DNA from: an uncultured delta proteobacterium
Lineage (GTDB): Bacteria > Myxococcota > Myxococcia > Myxococcales > Anaeromyxobacteraceae
NCBI GenBank assembly: GCA_963845515.1
Contig: CAWJSR010000045.1
Location: 1-64,000, forward strand
Direction of reading: 5' to 3'
DNA: 64,000 nt
The translations under genes and the position numbers were made by a program. Positions 43,540 to 53,261 of this stretch are shown here, one piece after another (position 1 is the stretch's first letter; each line of letters opens with the position of its first letter). The notes under the pieces are model-generated. The model ran no database searches. It was not told the origin of the DNA and saw nothing but the letters and a program-made list of their open reading frames with translations.

Positions 43540-44637
43540 GTGACCTATTCGCTAGACCGCGACGTCGCCGCGCTCCTCTGCGTAGGCTTCCATGGGAAGA
43601 CCCCCTCGCCCGAGGTGCTGGAGCTGGTCCGGCGCGGCGTGTCGGGGGTGATCCTCTTCTCGCGCAACGTCGAGTCGGCCGAGCAGGTGGCCGAGCTGAC
43701 CGCCGCGCTCAAGCGGGCCGCCGGGCGGCCGCTCCTCGTCGCGATCGACCAGGAGGGCGGCCGCGTGGCCCGGCTCCGCGCGCCACAGGGCTTCACCGAG
43801 CTGCCGCCGATGCGGGCGATCGGCGCGGCGGGCGACGACAGGCTCGCGTTCGAGGTGGGGGCGATGCTGGGCCGGGAGCTGCGCGCGGTCGGGATCGACC
43901 AGGACTACGCGCCGGTCGTCGACGTCGACACCAACCCGGCGAACCCGGTCATCGGTGACAGATCCTTCTCGCGCGACCCCGGCGCCGTGGGACGGCTGGG
44001 CGCGGCGCTGGCGCTCGGCCTCCAGGCGGAGGGGGTCGCCGCCTGCGCCAAGCACTTCCCCGGCCACGGCGACACGAGCCAGGACTCGCACGTCGACCTG
44101 CCGCGGTTGCCGCACGCGCTGGAGCGGCTGCGCAGGGTGGAGCTGCTCCCGTTCCGGGCGCTCGCGCAGGCGGGCGTCGCCGCGGTGATGACGGCCCACG
44201 TCGTCTTCGAGCCGCTCGACCGGCTCAGGCCGGCGACGCTCGCGCCGTCGGTGCTCCGGCTGCTCCGCGAGGAGCTCGGGTTCCAGGGCTGCTGCGTCTC
44301 CGACGACCTCGAGATGAAGGCGGTGGCCGAGCACTACCCGCTGGAGGAGGCGGCGCCCGGCGCGATCGCGGCCGGCGTCGACCAGCTCCTGGTGTGCCAC
44401 CACGCCGACCTGCAGGCGAAGGCCATCGATCTCGTCCGCGAGGCGGTGGAGGCCGGGACGATCTCCAGGGAGCGGCTCGCCGAGGCGCGCGCGCGCGTGG
44501 AGCGGCTGCTCCGCTACGCCGGCCCGCCCCCCGACCCCGCCGCCGTCCGCGCGAAGCTGCGGACCCCGGAGCACCTGGCGCTCGCCGAGAGCCTGCCGGC
44601 GCTGGACGCGGGGTCGGATCCGACGGCGAGGGCGTAG
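43540..44637 (+). CDS. nagZ: beta-N-acetylhexosaminidase (GH3)
   Basis: IDQEGGRVARL, APVVDV, KHFPGHGDTSQDSH, MTAHV, SDDLEM. Confidence 0.92.
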   Translation: MTYSLDRDVAALLCVGFHGKTPSPEVLELVRRGVSGVILFSRNVESAEQVAELTAALKRAAGRPLLVAIDQEGGRVARLRAPQGFTELPPMRAIGAAGDDRLAFEVGAMLGRELRAVGIDQDYAPVVDVDTNPANPVIGDRSFSRDPGAVGRLGAALALGLQAEGVAACAKHFPGHGDTSQDSHVDLPRLPHALERLRRVELLPFRALAQAGVAAVMTAHVVFEPLDRLRPATLAPSVLRLLREELGFQGCCVSDDLEMKAVAEHYPLEEAAPGAIAAGVDQLLVCHHADLQAKAIDLVREAVEAGTISRERLAEARARVERLLRYAGPPPDPAAVRAKLRTPEHLALAESLPALDAGSDPTARA

Positions 44638-44678
44638 CCCAGGTGTGCAGCCCAGGCGAGCGGCCTTCAACGCCCCGG

Positions 44679-45377
44679 CTAGCGATCGAGGCGCGCCAAC
44701 GCCTCGAGGCGCTTCATGACTAACAGCCGCCGCCGCTGACTCGCTTCGTCGGGTGGCAGGTGCCCAGGAAGTGCCTCGACGAAGTCGGGAGTCCGGAGAA
44801 GCCTTGCGAAAGAATCGGCGAGGTAGTTGCGGAGCGCCGGCTCAGCTCCCTTCACCTCCGCCGGAAGCTCCGGCCGACCGTCGATCACGGCCACGATGTC
44901 CTCGATGTCGCGACTGGCCATGTGATCGTTCTTCCCGCGACCCGCGAAGGCCTCCAGCTTCGTGCCAAGGAAGTACGGCGCGGATGCGACCCTGATCGCC
45001 ACGCCTCCCGGTAACACCCTTCGATCGGCGTGGCGGAGCGTGCCGATGTACCAGCGGTTGGAGAAGCCCAGGATCGAGTCCTCCGGCGGCATCAGGTCGA
45101 CCACGGTCCCCTCAATGATCCAGCGACACGCGGGTGCGTCCTCCGACCGGTCTTCGCGGAATCCGGCTGCGCGCAGCGCTTCGCAGAGGGCGTAGTACTC
45201 GCTGATGGAGGTGACCTCCACGACCGCGTCGACGTCGGCGGTTGCACGGGGATCCGCCGCTCCTGGCTCGGTGATGAGGAGCTCGACGACGGCGCCGCCG
45301 ACGAACACCACCTGCTCCCTGAGGTCGCCCAGGCGCGCGGCGACCCGCAGGAGCATCTCGACGCTAGCGCTCGGCAC
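44679..45377 (-). CDS. Nucleotidyltransferase (AbiEii-like), putative toxin
   Basis: VFVGGAVV, RATADVD, TKLEAFAGRG, SRDIEDI. Confidence 0.78.
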   Translation of the reverse strand: MPSASVEMLLRVAARLGDLREQVVFVGGAVVELLITEPGAADPRATADVDAVVEVTSISEYYALCEALRAAGFREDRSEDAPACRWIIEGTVVDLMPPEDSILGFSNRWYIGTLRHADRRVLPGGVAIRVASAPYFLGTKLEAFAGRGKNDHMASRDIEDIVAVIDGRPELPAEVKGAEPALRNYLADSFARLLRTPDFVEALPGHLPPDEASQRRRLLVMKRLEALARLDR

Positions 45378-45929
45378 CGGTCTCCCCCGTCGCGAGGGAC
45401 TCCGTCAGGAGGCGCGCGGCGATCTCTCGCTCGCGGGCGCCACCGCCCCTGATCGCGTCCGTCAGCGCGAGAAGGGCGTAAAGGCGCTCGTCCTTCGCAG
45501 CAGCGCCGGGGACCGAGCGGTAGAGCGGCTCGAAGGCGCGGCCGCGGACGGAGCCATTCGGATCGGGCCAGACCGGCGGCAGCGACGACGCGGGCGCGAA
45601 GAAGGCGCTGAGCACGGGCGCGGCGTACCCCGTCGGCAGACCCCGCGTCACGCCGCCAAGGTCGGGAGGGAACGCGTACCTGACGCCGTGAAGGACGAAC
45701 TCCAGGATGTTGCGCCGAATCGGTGCGGCTCCAGGGAACGTTGGCGAGCGGCAACGCGCATCAGGAGCTTCGCGTTGACGGCCCTCGAGACGGCCGCATG
45801 CACCTCGGACCTGCTCAGGCCCAGCTCGGCCGCAACGGTCGCGAAGCGCATGCGGCCGCCGGTGGGCAGCAGCGTCGCCTTGAGGGCGACGAGCAGATCC
45901 TGCGGTTTGAGCACCAAGCGACCAGACAC
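45364..45929 (-). CDS. HTH-containing partner (putative antitoxin); frameshift near 45730-45760
   Basis: LKPQDLLVALK...VAAELGLSRSEVHAAVSR joins NILEFVLHGVRYAFP...RGLPTG...PVWPDPNG..RG...PLYRSVP...LYALLALTDAIRGG.ARE. Confidence 0.72.
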
Positions 45930-45997
45930 TACGGTCCGTCAGGTCTACAAACGTCAATTAGAACTACGTGATGCTGACGCGCACAGCGTAGCCGCGG

Positions 45998-46080
45998 TTC
46001 GCGAACCGCGAACGCACGTGAGGCCATATTACGTAAGCTATATAAGGCAGCATAGGCGCACTATGTTCGTGGTTCGCGAA
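45998..46080. promoter_or_regulatory. 16-bp inverted repeat enclosing an AT-rich core upstream of the HTH-NTase pair
   Basis: TTCGCGAACCGCGAAC (45998-46013) versus GTTCGTGGTTCGCGAA (46065-46080), a 15/16 match. Confidence 0.6.
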
Positions 46081-46116
46081 TGGACACCGCGAGGCGGGGC
46101 GGCACGGGCCGCGGCG

Positions 46117-47451
46117 TCAGGATCTTTCGAGGATCTTCAGCGCCACCATCCCGTAGAGGAAGCCGTAGACGGCGTGCTCGGGACGCTGGGTGAGGGCGAT
46201 CAGCTCGGACATCGTGCGCGAGCCGTCGAGGTTGGGGAGCAGCTCGGCCTCCCAGCGCTCGAGCTCCACCTCGTGGAGCGAGTACGCGGGCTGCTGGGTC
46301 GGCGCGAGCCGGTCGTCGGGGCCGAGGAGCCTGTAGAGCCGCTCCGGCTTGTAGAGCTTCTTGATCCCACGGATGATCAGGTGGGCCGGGTGGAGGTCGA
46401 TCTTGATCGCCTCCTTCGCCGCGCGGTCGGTGAAGTGGAGCCGGTACTGCCCCTCCTCCCAGCCGAAGACCGAGTAGATGATCGCCTTCACCTGCTGGGC
46501 GACGTAGTAGAGCTTCTCGGTGTCCTTCAGGAGCCCCATCTCCACGAGGACGTCGCCGGTGCGGCGGCCGGTCTTGTCGGCGGCGGCCGCGCAGAGCTCG
46601 AGCTGCCCCTGGGTGAGCTTCCCGACGCGGACGAGGAACGGCCCGAAGCGGTCGGTGACGAGGTTGGAGATGGCGAAGACCGGCCGTCCCTTCTCGAAGT
46701 AGATCGACTTCTTCACCTTCCCCTTCTGCACCGTCAGCTCGCCCGTCTGCTGCGCCAGGTAGAAGGCGGTGATCAGCTCGGGGAGGTTGTCGTGCAGCGC
46801 CCCCTCCGTCCTGGAGAGGTCGGTCGCCTGCTCGCGGACCGCGGCGGCGGGCGGAGGTGGGCTGGGGCGCGGCGCCGGCCGGGAGGGGGCGCCGATGGCG
46901 CCTGCCGTGACCGTCTCGCCCTTCAGGACCGCGGAGACCTTGCCGTCCTCGGTCAGGATCACCTTGCCGGTCAGCTCCATCGCGTCGACCGGCTCGTCCG
47001 ACTCGACGCCCAGGTCGACGTCGAAGTCCTCCTGGTCGAGCAGTGGCGGCGGTGGCGGGGCGGAGGAGCGGGGCGCGGCGATCGGCGTCCCCGCCGGGAC
47101 CATCGCGCGGAGCGTCTCGACCAGCTTCTTCGAGTCGAAGGGCTTCTCGAAGTACCCGGAGGCGCCGTGCTGGGCGCGCGCCTCGGAGGCGGCGCGGCTG
47201 CCCTTGAAGACGCCGGTCATGAAGATGAACGGGACGTTCGCCTTCCGCAGCGCGGCGGCGACGTCATAGCCCATCATGTCCGGGAGGAGCACGTCGACGA
47301 CGGCCGCCGAGGGCTGCTCGACCGGGATCGCGTCGATGGCCGACTTGCCGCGCGCGACGGGCACGGGCGTCCAGCCCTGCTGCTCGACGAGCCGGGACAA
47401 CAGCACGAGGAGCTCCTGGTTGTCGTCGACCAGCAGGATCTTGACGCTCAT
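46117..47451 (-). CDS. Response regulator receiver + Pro-rich linker + DUF4388/PATAN-like domain
   Basis: KILLVDD, DVLLPDMMG, FEKPF; QTGELTVQKGKVKKSIYFEKGRPVFAISN...FGWEEGQY. Confidence 0.8.
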   Translation of the reverse strand: MSVKILLVDDNQELLVLLSRLVEQQGWTPVPVARGKSAIDAIPVEQPSAAVVDVLLPDMMGYDVAAALRKANVPFIFMTGVFKGSRAASEARAQHGASGYFEKPFDSKKLVETLRAMVPAGTPIAAPRSSAPPPPPLLDQEDFDVDLGVESDEPVDAMELTGKVILTEDGKVSAVLKGETVTAGAIGAPSRPAPRPSPPPPAAAVREQATDLSRTEGALHDNLPELITAFYLAQQTGELTVQKGKVKKSIYFEKGRPVFAISNLVTDRFGPFLVRVGKLTQGQLELCAAAADKTGRRTGDVLVEMGLLKDTEKLYYVAQQVKAIIYSVFGWEEGQYRLHFTDRAAKEAIKIDLHPAHLIIRGIKKLYKPERLYRLLGPDDRLAPTQQPAYSLHEVELERWEAELLPNLDGSRTMSELIALTQRPEHAVYGFLYGMVALKILERS

Positions 47452-47533
47452 TCAGGGGGGACGATACCGGCAGTACGGTGCACGATCAACGTGGTAAGAA
47501 ATTGGCGTCGAACTCTCTCCAAAGGAGGCCCTG

Positions 47534-48763
47534 ATGCGCCCCACCCGTGCGCTCGCGCTCTTCGCCGCCGCCCTCTCCCTCGTCGCCTGCGAGAAGAAGC
47601 GGGCACCCCAGGCGCCGCAGGCCGCGGGCGCGCCCCCCGTCACCACCGTCGGGGACGTGATCGTGCTCGGCCACGTCGGCTCCCTCACCGGCGCCGAGGC
47701 CACGTTCGGCGACTCGACCGACAAGGGGCTGAAGCTGGCCATCGAGGACGCCAACGCGAAGGGCGGCGTCAAGGGCAAGCGGATCGAGCTCAAGACGTAC
47801 GACAACCAGGGGAAGCCCGAGGAGGCGGCGGTCGCCGCGACACGACTCGTGGTGAACGACCACGCCTCGATCCTCATCGGCGAGGTCGCGTCCCGCCGCT
47901 CGCTGGCGATGGCGCCGATCGCCGACGAGCACAAGGTCCCGATGATCTCCCCCGCGTCCACCAACCCCAAGGTGACCAGGGATGGGGACCGGGTGCGCCC
48001 GTACGTCTTCCGCGTCTGCTTCATCGACCCGTTCCAGGGGACGGTGATGGCGAGGTTCGCGCGCGAGACGCTCAAGCTGAACCGCGTCGCGGTCCTGCGC
48101 GACGTGGGCAACGACTACTCGGTCGGGCTCGCCGACTACTTCCTCACCAGGTTCAAGGGGCTGGGCGGTGCGATCGTCGACGACCAGAGCTACAAGGCCG
48201 GCGATCAGGACTTCAAGGCGCAGCTCACCGCGATGAAGGGAAAGAGGCCGGACGGGATCTACATCCCGGGCTACTACACCGACGTGGCGCTCATCGCGCG
48301 GCAGGCCCGCGAGCTCGGGCTCCGCCAGCCGCTCATGGGCGGCGACGGTTGGGACTCCGCCAAGCTCTTCGAGATCGGCGGCAAGGCGCTCGACGGCTGC
48401 TACTACTCCAACCACTACTCGCCCGACGACCCGAGCCCGCGGATCCAGGAGTTCGTGAGCCGCTTCAAGGCGAGGTACGGCGCGGTCCCCGACACGATGG
48501 CCGCGCTGGGCTACGACGCCGGGCTCGTCGCGGTCGACGCGATGACCCGCGCCCCCGACCTCTCCGGTCCGGCGATCCGCGACGCCATCGAGGCGACGAA
48601 GGGCTTCCCGGGTGTCACCGGCGTCATCACCATCGACGCCGATCACAACGCCGCCAAGGCGGCCGTGGTCCTCGCCATCCAGGGCGGCGCCGCCAGGTGG
48701 GTGGCGACCGTGCAGCCCGATGCCACCGCGGCGCCGGCTCCCGCCACGCCGCCAGCGAAGTAG
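47534..48763 (+). CDS. livK: Branched-chain amino acid ABC substrate-binding lipoprotein
   Basis: Lipobox LVAC, SLTGAEATFG, NAKGGVKG, FRVCFIDPFQG, DFKAQLT, GGDGWD. AGGAGG RBS. Confidence 0.9.
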   Translation: MRPTRALALFAAALSLVACEKKRAPQAPQAAGAPPVTTVGDVIVLGHVGSLTGAEATFGDSTDKGLKLAIEDANAKGGVKGKRIELKTYDNQGKPEEAAVAATRLVVNDHASILIGEVASRRSLAMAPIADEHKVPMISPASTNPKVTRDGDRVRPYVFRVCFIDPFQGTVMARFARETLKLNRVAVLRDVGNDYSVGLADYFLTRFKGLGGAIVDDQSYKAGDQDFKAQLTAMKGKRPDGIYIPGYYTDVALIARQARELGLRQPLMGGDGWDSAKLFEIGGKALDGCYYSNHYSPDDPSPRIQEFVSRFKARYGAVPDTMAALGYDAGLVAVDAMTRAPDLSGPAIRDAIEATKGFPGVTGVITIDADHNAAKAAVVLAIQGGAARWVATVQPDATAAPAPATPPAK

Positions 48764-48777
48764 CCGGCGCCCGGCAC

Positions 48778-49710
48778 GTGACCGAGTTCCTGCAGCACCT
48801 CGTCAACGGCCTCTCGCTGGGGACCATCTACGCCCTCATCGCGCTGGGCTACACGATGGTCTACGGCGTCCTGAAGCTCATCAACTTCGCCCACGGCGAC
48901 GTCTACATGGCCGGCGCCTTCGCCGGCTACTACGTCGCGGGGGCGCTCGGCGCCGCCGAGCGCCCGTCCCTCCCGAAGGCGGTCGCCGTCACCCTGGGGG
49001 CGATGATCCTCTGCGGCCTGCTCGGCCTGGTCATCGAGCGGGCGGCGTACCGGCCGCTCCGGACCCGGCCGCGGCTCACCGCCCTCATCACGGCCATCGG
49101 CGTCTCCTTCCTGCTCGAGTACGGCTTCCAGCTCCAGCCCATCGAGGGGCTCTCGGTGCCGTTCCCGCCTGGACCGAGCCCCCGCTTCTTCCCGGCGATC
49201 ATCGAGCTGGGGCCGCCGGTGGAGCTCCTCGGCGTCATCGTGCCGCGCATCGACCTCGTCGGCTTCGCGGTCGCCGTGGCGCTGATGGCCGGGCTCCAGT
49301 ACATCGTCTACCGGACCCGGTTCGGCACGGCGATGCGGGCGGTCTCCTTCGACCCGCGCGTCGCCGGGCTCATGGGGATCCCGGCCGACCGGATCATCGC
49401 CGGGACCTTCTTCCTCGGGAGCGCGCTCGCGGCGGCGGCGGCGATCATCAGCGCGAGCCGCATGCCCCGGATCGACCCGCTCTTCGGCCTCATGCCCGGG
49501 CTCAAGGCCTTCGTCGCCGCCGTGCTCGGCGGGATCGGCTCCGTGCCGGGGGCGATGGTCGGCGGGCTCCTCCTCGGCCTGACCGAGGAGTACGTCGCGG
49601 GCTACACCTACTCCTCGTTCCGCGACGCGATCGCCTTCACGGTCCTCATCCTGGTGCTCCTGCTCCGTCCGCAGGGGCTCTTCGGGCGCATCACGGTGGA
49701 GAAGGTCTGA
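48778..49710 (+). CDS. livH: BCAA ABC permease
   Basis: NGLSLGTIYALIALGYTMVYGVLKLINFAHG, KAFVAAVLGGIGS, RPQGLFG. Confidence 0.93.
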   Translation: MTEFLQHLVNGLSLGTIYALIALGYTMVYGVLKLINFAHGDVYMAGAFAGYYVAGALGAAERPSLPKAVAVTLGAMILCGLLGLVIERAAYRPLRTRPRLTALITAIGVSFLLEYGFQLQPIEGLSVPFPPGPSPRFFPAIIELGPPVELLGVIVPRIDLVGFAVAVALMAGLQYIVYRTRFGTAMRAVSFDPRVAGLMGIPADRIIAGTFFLGSALAAAAAIISASRMPRIDPLFGLMPGLKAFVAAVLGGIGSVPGAMVGGLLLGLTEEYVAGYTYSSFRDAIAFTVLILVLLLRPQGLFGRITVEKV

Positions 49711-50781
49711 TGGCGATGAAGGGCGCGCGCGTGGTGGCGGGGGGCTTCGTCCCATTCGCGGCGGCGCTCCTCGTGCTCGCGGCGCTGCAGCCGCTCCTGC
49801 CGCCGACCGCCACGATCGTCCTCATCAACGTGGCCGTGAACGTCGTCCTCGCCGTCTCGCTCAACGTGGTGAACGGCTTCACCGGCCAGTTCTCGCTCGG
49901 CCACGCCGGGTTCATGGCGGTGGGGGCGTACACCGCCGCGAAGGTCACGCTCGGCTTCGCCGACGTGCAGCTTGCCTTCCTCCCCGAGGCGGTCTCGGAC
50001 CAGCTCGTCTTCACCCTGGCGCTCGTGGCGTCGATGGCCGTCACCGGGCTCGCAGGGCTCCTCGTCGGCATGCCCTCGCTGCGCCTTCGCGGCGACTACC
50101 TCGCCATCGTCACGCTCGGCTTCGGCGAGATCATCCGCTCGATCATCGAGAACGTCCCATGGCTCGGCGGCGCGCTCGGGCTCTCCGGCCTGCCGCGCAG
50201 GACCAACGTCGTCTGGGCCGGCATCGCGGCCTTCGCCACGGTGCTCATGGCCCGCAGGCTCGCCGACTCCACGCAGGGGCGCGCCCTCTTCGCCATCCGC
50301 GAGGACGAGATCGCCGCCGAGGCGATGGGGGTCGACACCACGGGCTACAAGGTCCGCTCCTTCGCCATCTCGGCCGCGTACGCCGGGCTCGCCGGCGCGC
50401 TCTCGGCCCACCTCATCCAGCTGGCCACGCCGGGATCGTACGGCTTCATCCGCTCCATCGAGGTCGTGGTGATGGTGGTGCTGGGCGGCCTCGGGTCGAT
50501 CACCGGCTCGGTCCTCGCCGCCGCGGTCCTCACGGTGGCGCTCGAGGCGCTGCGCCCGTTCCAGCAGTACCGGATGGTCGTCTACGCCCTGCTCCTCGTC
50601 GTCATGATGCTGACGCGGCCGCAGGGGATCTTCGGCTCCCGCGAGCTGTGGGACCTGTGGCGCTCCCGCCGTCCCCGCTCCCCCACGAATCCTCCCCTCT
50701 CCCCACCGGGGGAGCAGGCCCTCCCACGAATCCTCCCCTCTCCCCCACCGGGGGAGAGGGCAGGGGTGAGGGGCATCCTGA
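49710..50781 (+). CDS. livM: BCAA ABC permease; 3' end runs through a repeat and, as sequenced, in frame into livG
   Basis: SLNVVNGFTGQFSLGHAGF, LRLRGDYLAIVTLGFGEI, AIREDEIAAEAMG. An out-of-frame TGA at 50779 overlaps the livG ATG. Confidence 0.88.
50681..50773 (-). repeat. Tandem pair of BoxC-like palindromes at the livM/livG junction
   Basis: cccacgaatcctcccctctcccc(c)accgggggag occurs twice. The second copy continues agggcaggggtgagggg (reverse orientation relative to 35605). Confidence 0.88.
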
Positions 50782-51636
50782 TGACCCCCGCGCTCGAGCT
50801 GCGCGCCGTGGGCATGACCTTCGGCGGCCTCAAGGCGCTCTCCGCCTTCGACCTGGCGCTCCAGCCGGGCGAGCTGGTCGGGCTCATCGGCCCGAACGGC
50901 GCCGGCAAGACGACCGCCTTCAACGCCATCACCGGCGTCTACGCGCCGACGCAGGGCGACGTCCTGGTCGGCGGCGAGCGGGTCAACGGCCTGCGGCCGC
51001 ACCAGATTCTGCGCGCGTGGAGTCGCCCGCACCTTCCAGAACATCCGGCTCTTCCGCGAGCTCTCCGCGCTCGACAACGTCCGGGTCGCCTGCCACGCGG
51101 GGGCGAAGAGCGGCTTCTTCGACGCCCTCTTCCTGACGCCGCACCACCGCGAGGAGGAGGGCCGGATCGTCGCCCGCGCCGAGGAGTTCCTCGCGGTGAT
51201 GGGGCTGTCGCACCGGCGCGACGAGATCTCCAGGAACCTCCCGTACGGCGAGCAGCGGCGGCTCGAGATCGCGCGCGCGCTCGCCACCGGCCCCCGCGTC
51301 CTCTGCCTCGACGAGCCGGCCGCCGGGATGAACGCGTCGGAGAAGGTCGAGCTGATGGCGCTCATCCGCTCGATCCGGGACCGGTTCGGGATCGCCGTGC
51401 TCGTCATCGAGCACGACATGCGGCTCGTGATGGGGGTCTCGGAGCGCGTCGTGGTCCTCGATCACGGCGTGATGATCGCGCAGGGCACGCCCGAGGAGGT
51501 CCGGCGCGATCCGCGGGTCATCGAGGCCTACCTGGGCGACGCCTACCTGGAGGAGCGGCAGATCGAGCTGCCTCCGAGGGATTCTCCCCTCTCCCCCACC
51601 GGGGGAGAGGGCCAGGGTGAGGGGGACGCACGATGA
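50781..51636 (+). CDS. livG: BCAA ABC ATPase; frameshift near 51010
   Basis: GPNGAGKTT, RTFQNIRLF, LPYGEQRRLEIARAL, LDEPAAG, IEHDM, VIEAYLG. Confidence 0.92.
51584..51625 (-). repeat. BoxC-like palindrome within the livG 3' end
   Basis: ctcccctctcccccaccgggggagagggccagggtgaggggg, translated as SPLSPTGGEGQGEG. Confidence 0.85.
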
Positions 51637-52349
51637 CCACGCCCATCCTCCAGGTCACCGACCTCCGCGTCTCGTACGGCGCCATCGAGGCCCTGCGCGG
51701 CATCTCGCTCGAGGTGAGGGCGGGCGAGGTGGTGGCGCTCATCGGCGCCAACGGCGCCGGCAAGACGACGACGCTCCGCGCGGTCTCTGGGATGCTCCGT
51801 CCGGCGGGAGGAGCGGTCCGCTTCGACGGCGAGGACGTGACCGGCCTCCCGTCGCACAAGCTGGTGGCGCGCCGCATGGCCCACGCCCCCGAGGGGCGCG
51901 GCATCTTCCTCAACCTGACCGTCGGCGAGAACCTCGACCTGGGCGCCTGGCTGCGCCGCGACCCCATCGGCGTGCGCGGCGACCTCGCGCGCGCCTTCGC
52001 GCTCTTCCCGGTCCTCGCCGAGCGGCGCAAGCAGGTGGCGGGGACGCTCTCTGGCGGCGAGCAGCAGATGCTCGCGGTCGCCCGCGCACTCATGAGCAGC
52101 CCGCGCCTCCTCCTGCTCGACGAGCCCTCCCTCGGCCTCGCGCCTCAGGTGGTCGAGCGGATCTTCAGCGTGCTCCGCGAGGTGAACGCGGCCGGCGTCG
52201 CGCTGCTCCTCGTCGAGCAGAACGCCCACAAGGCGCTGCAGCTCGCCCACCGCGCCTACGTCCTGGAGACCGGCGAGGTCTCGATGACCGGGACCGGCCG
52301 CGAGCTGCTGGCGTCGCCGGAGGTTCGGAAGGCCTACCTGGGCGAGTGA
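51633..52349 (+). CDS. livF: BCAA ABC ATPase
   Basis: GANGAGKTT, PEGRGIF, LSGGEQQMLA, LDEPSLGLAP, LLVEQN, KAYLG. Confidence 0.94.
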   Translation: MTTPILQVTDLRVSYGAIEALRGISLEVRAGEVVALIGANGAGKTTTLRAVSGMLRPAGGAVRFDGEDVTGLPSHKLVARRMAHAPEGRGIFLNLTVGENLDLGAWLRRDPIGVRGDLARAFALFPVLAERRKQVAGTLSGGEQQMLAVARALMSSPRLLLLDEPSLGLAPQVVERIFSVLREVNAAGVALLLVEQNAHKALQLAHRAYVLETGEVSMTGTGRELLASPEVRKAYLGE

Positions 52350-52358
52350 CGGCACCTC

Positions 52359-53261
52359 CTACCTGGGGCGCCAGTGCCAGCGCTGGGGATCCCACGTCGC
52401 GTCCAGGCCGCCGGCGAGAAGGGGATCGAGGAACTCCCGCGCGGCTCGCGTGACGTCGGTGAGGGTGGTCCAGGTGAGCTGCTCTTCCCGGGCCATCGCA
52501 GCATAGGGCGTGGCCCACGCGGACGGGGCGTCGGGCAGCTTGCCGGGCACGGGATGGGTCTTTCGGAAGGCGAAGGTCTGCTCGAGGGCCGTACGCAGGC
52601 GCTTCGCGTCGAGGGCCTGCGCGCCGGCAAGCAGCGCGATGTCGGGAAGGTCCTTCACGCGGGAGTTCACCCGTGGGCGCGGCATCGTGAACGCATGGAG
52701 CTTCTCCGCGATGTGCGTCTCGATCGGGTAGAGCCGGAGGCTCGGGGGCGCGATGCCTGCGAAGGCGAGATGGTCCTCGGCGACGACGACCTCGGGCTCG
52801 CCGAGGATCGGATCGCCGAAGGCGACGTCGACCCCGAAGGGCTGGCCGTAGAGCTTCCCCGCGAGCATGCACTCGGCGCGGAAGCGGAGCCCCTCGTACT
52901 GCATGCCGGCGTTCTGAAGCGCAGGGTGGTGCTCGTCGAGCCCGACCTCGAAGGTCATGAAGTCAGCCAGGTTGAGACGGCCAGCCCCCTGCAGCTTCGG
53001 GAGGAGGTCGTCCGGCGAGCCCGTCATGCGCAGGTCGACGTCCTGCGTGGAGCGGGCACGCTCGAGGCGAAGCTCGAGCGCGAGGCCCCCCTTGAGCGTC
53101 GCTGCGCTTCCGAGCACGGCGACGACGCGAGCGAGAAAGCGATCGAAGACGAGCAGTTGCCGCCTGCGCGCGATCTGGTCGCCGCTCTTCGCTACCGCAC
53201 GGAGCCGATCCTCGACGGCTCGCTTGAACGCTTCGGGCGATGCGTACGTGCGAACGGTCAT
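52359..53261 (-). CDS. AbiEii/DUF1814 nucleotidyltransferase toxin, paralog of 6311-7210
   Basis: [48 protein letters not shown]. Confidence 0.9.
   Translation of the reverse strand: MTVRTYASPEAFKRAVEDRLRAVAKSGDQIARRRQLLVFDRFLARVVAVLGSAATLKGGLALELRLERARSTQDVDLRMTGSPDDLLPKLQGAGRLNLADFMTFEVGLDEHHPALQNAGMQYEGLRFRAECMLAGKLYGQPFGVDVAFGDPILGEPEVVVAEDHLAFAGIAPPSLRLYPIETHIAEKLHAFTMPRPRVNSRVKDLPDIALLAGAQALDAKRLRTALEQTFAFRKTHPVPGKLPDAPSAWATPYAAMAREEQLTWTTLTDVTRAAREFLDPLLAGGLDATWDPQRWHWRPR

Noticed and set aside
46015..46065. The chromosomal dif site
   Set aside because: The arm matches are partial and do not form a proper 11-6-11 pair with TAA/TTA inner ends. Kept only as a speculative note in the findings.
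45205..49710. 1501-aa ORF and many other long overlapping ORFs
   Set aside because: These are shadow frames typical of very high GC DNA. Only the last 310 codons (livH) have a recognisable product.
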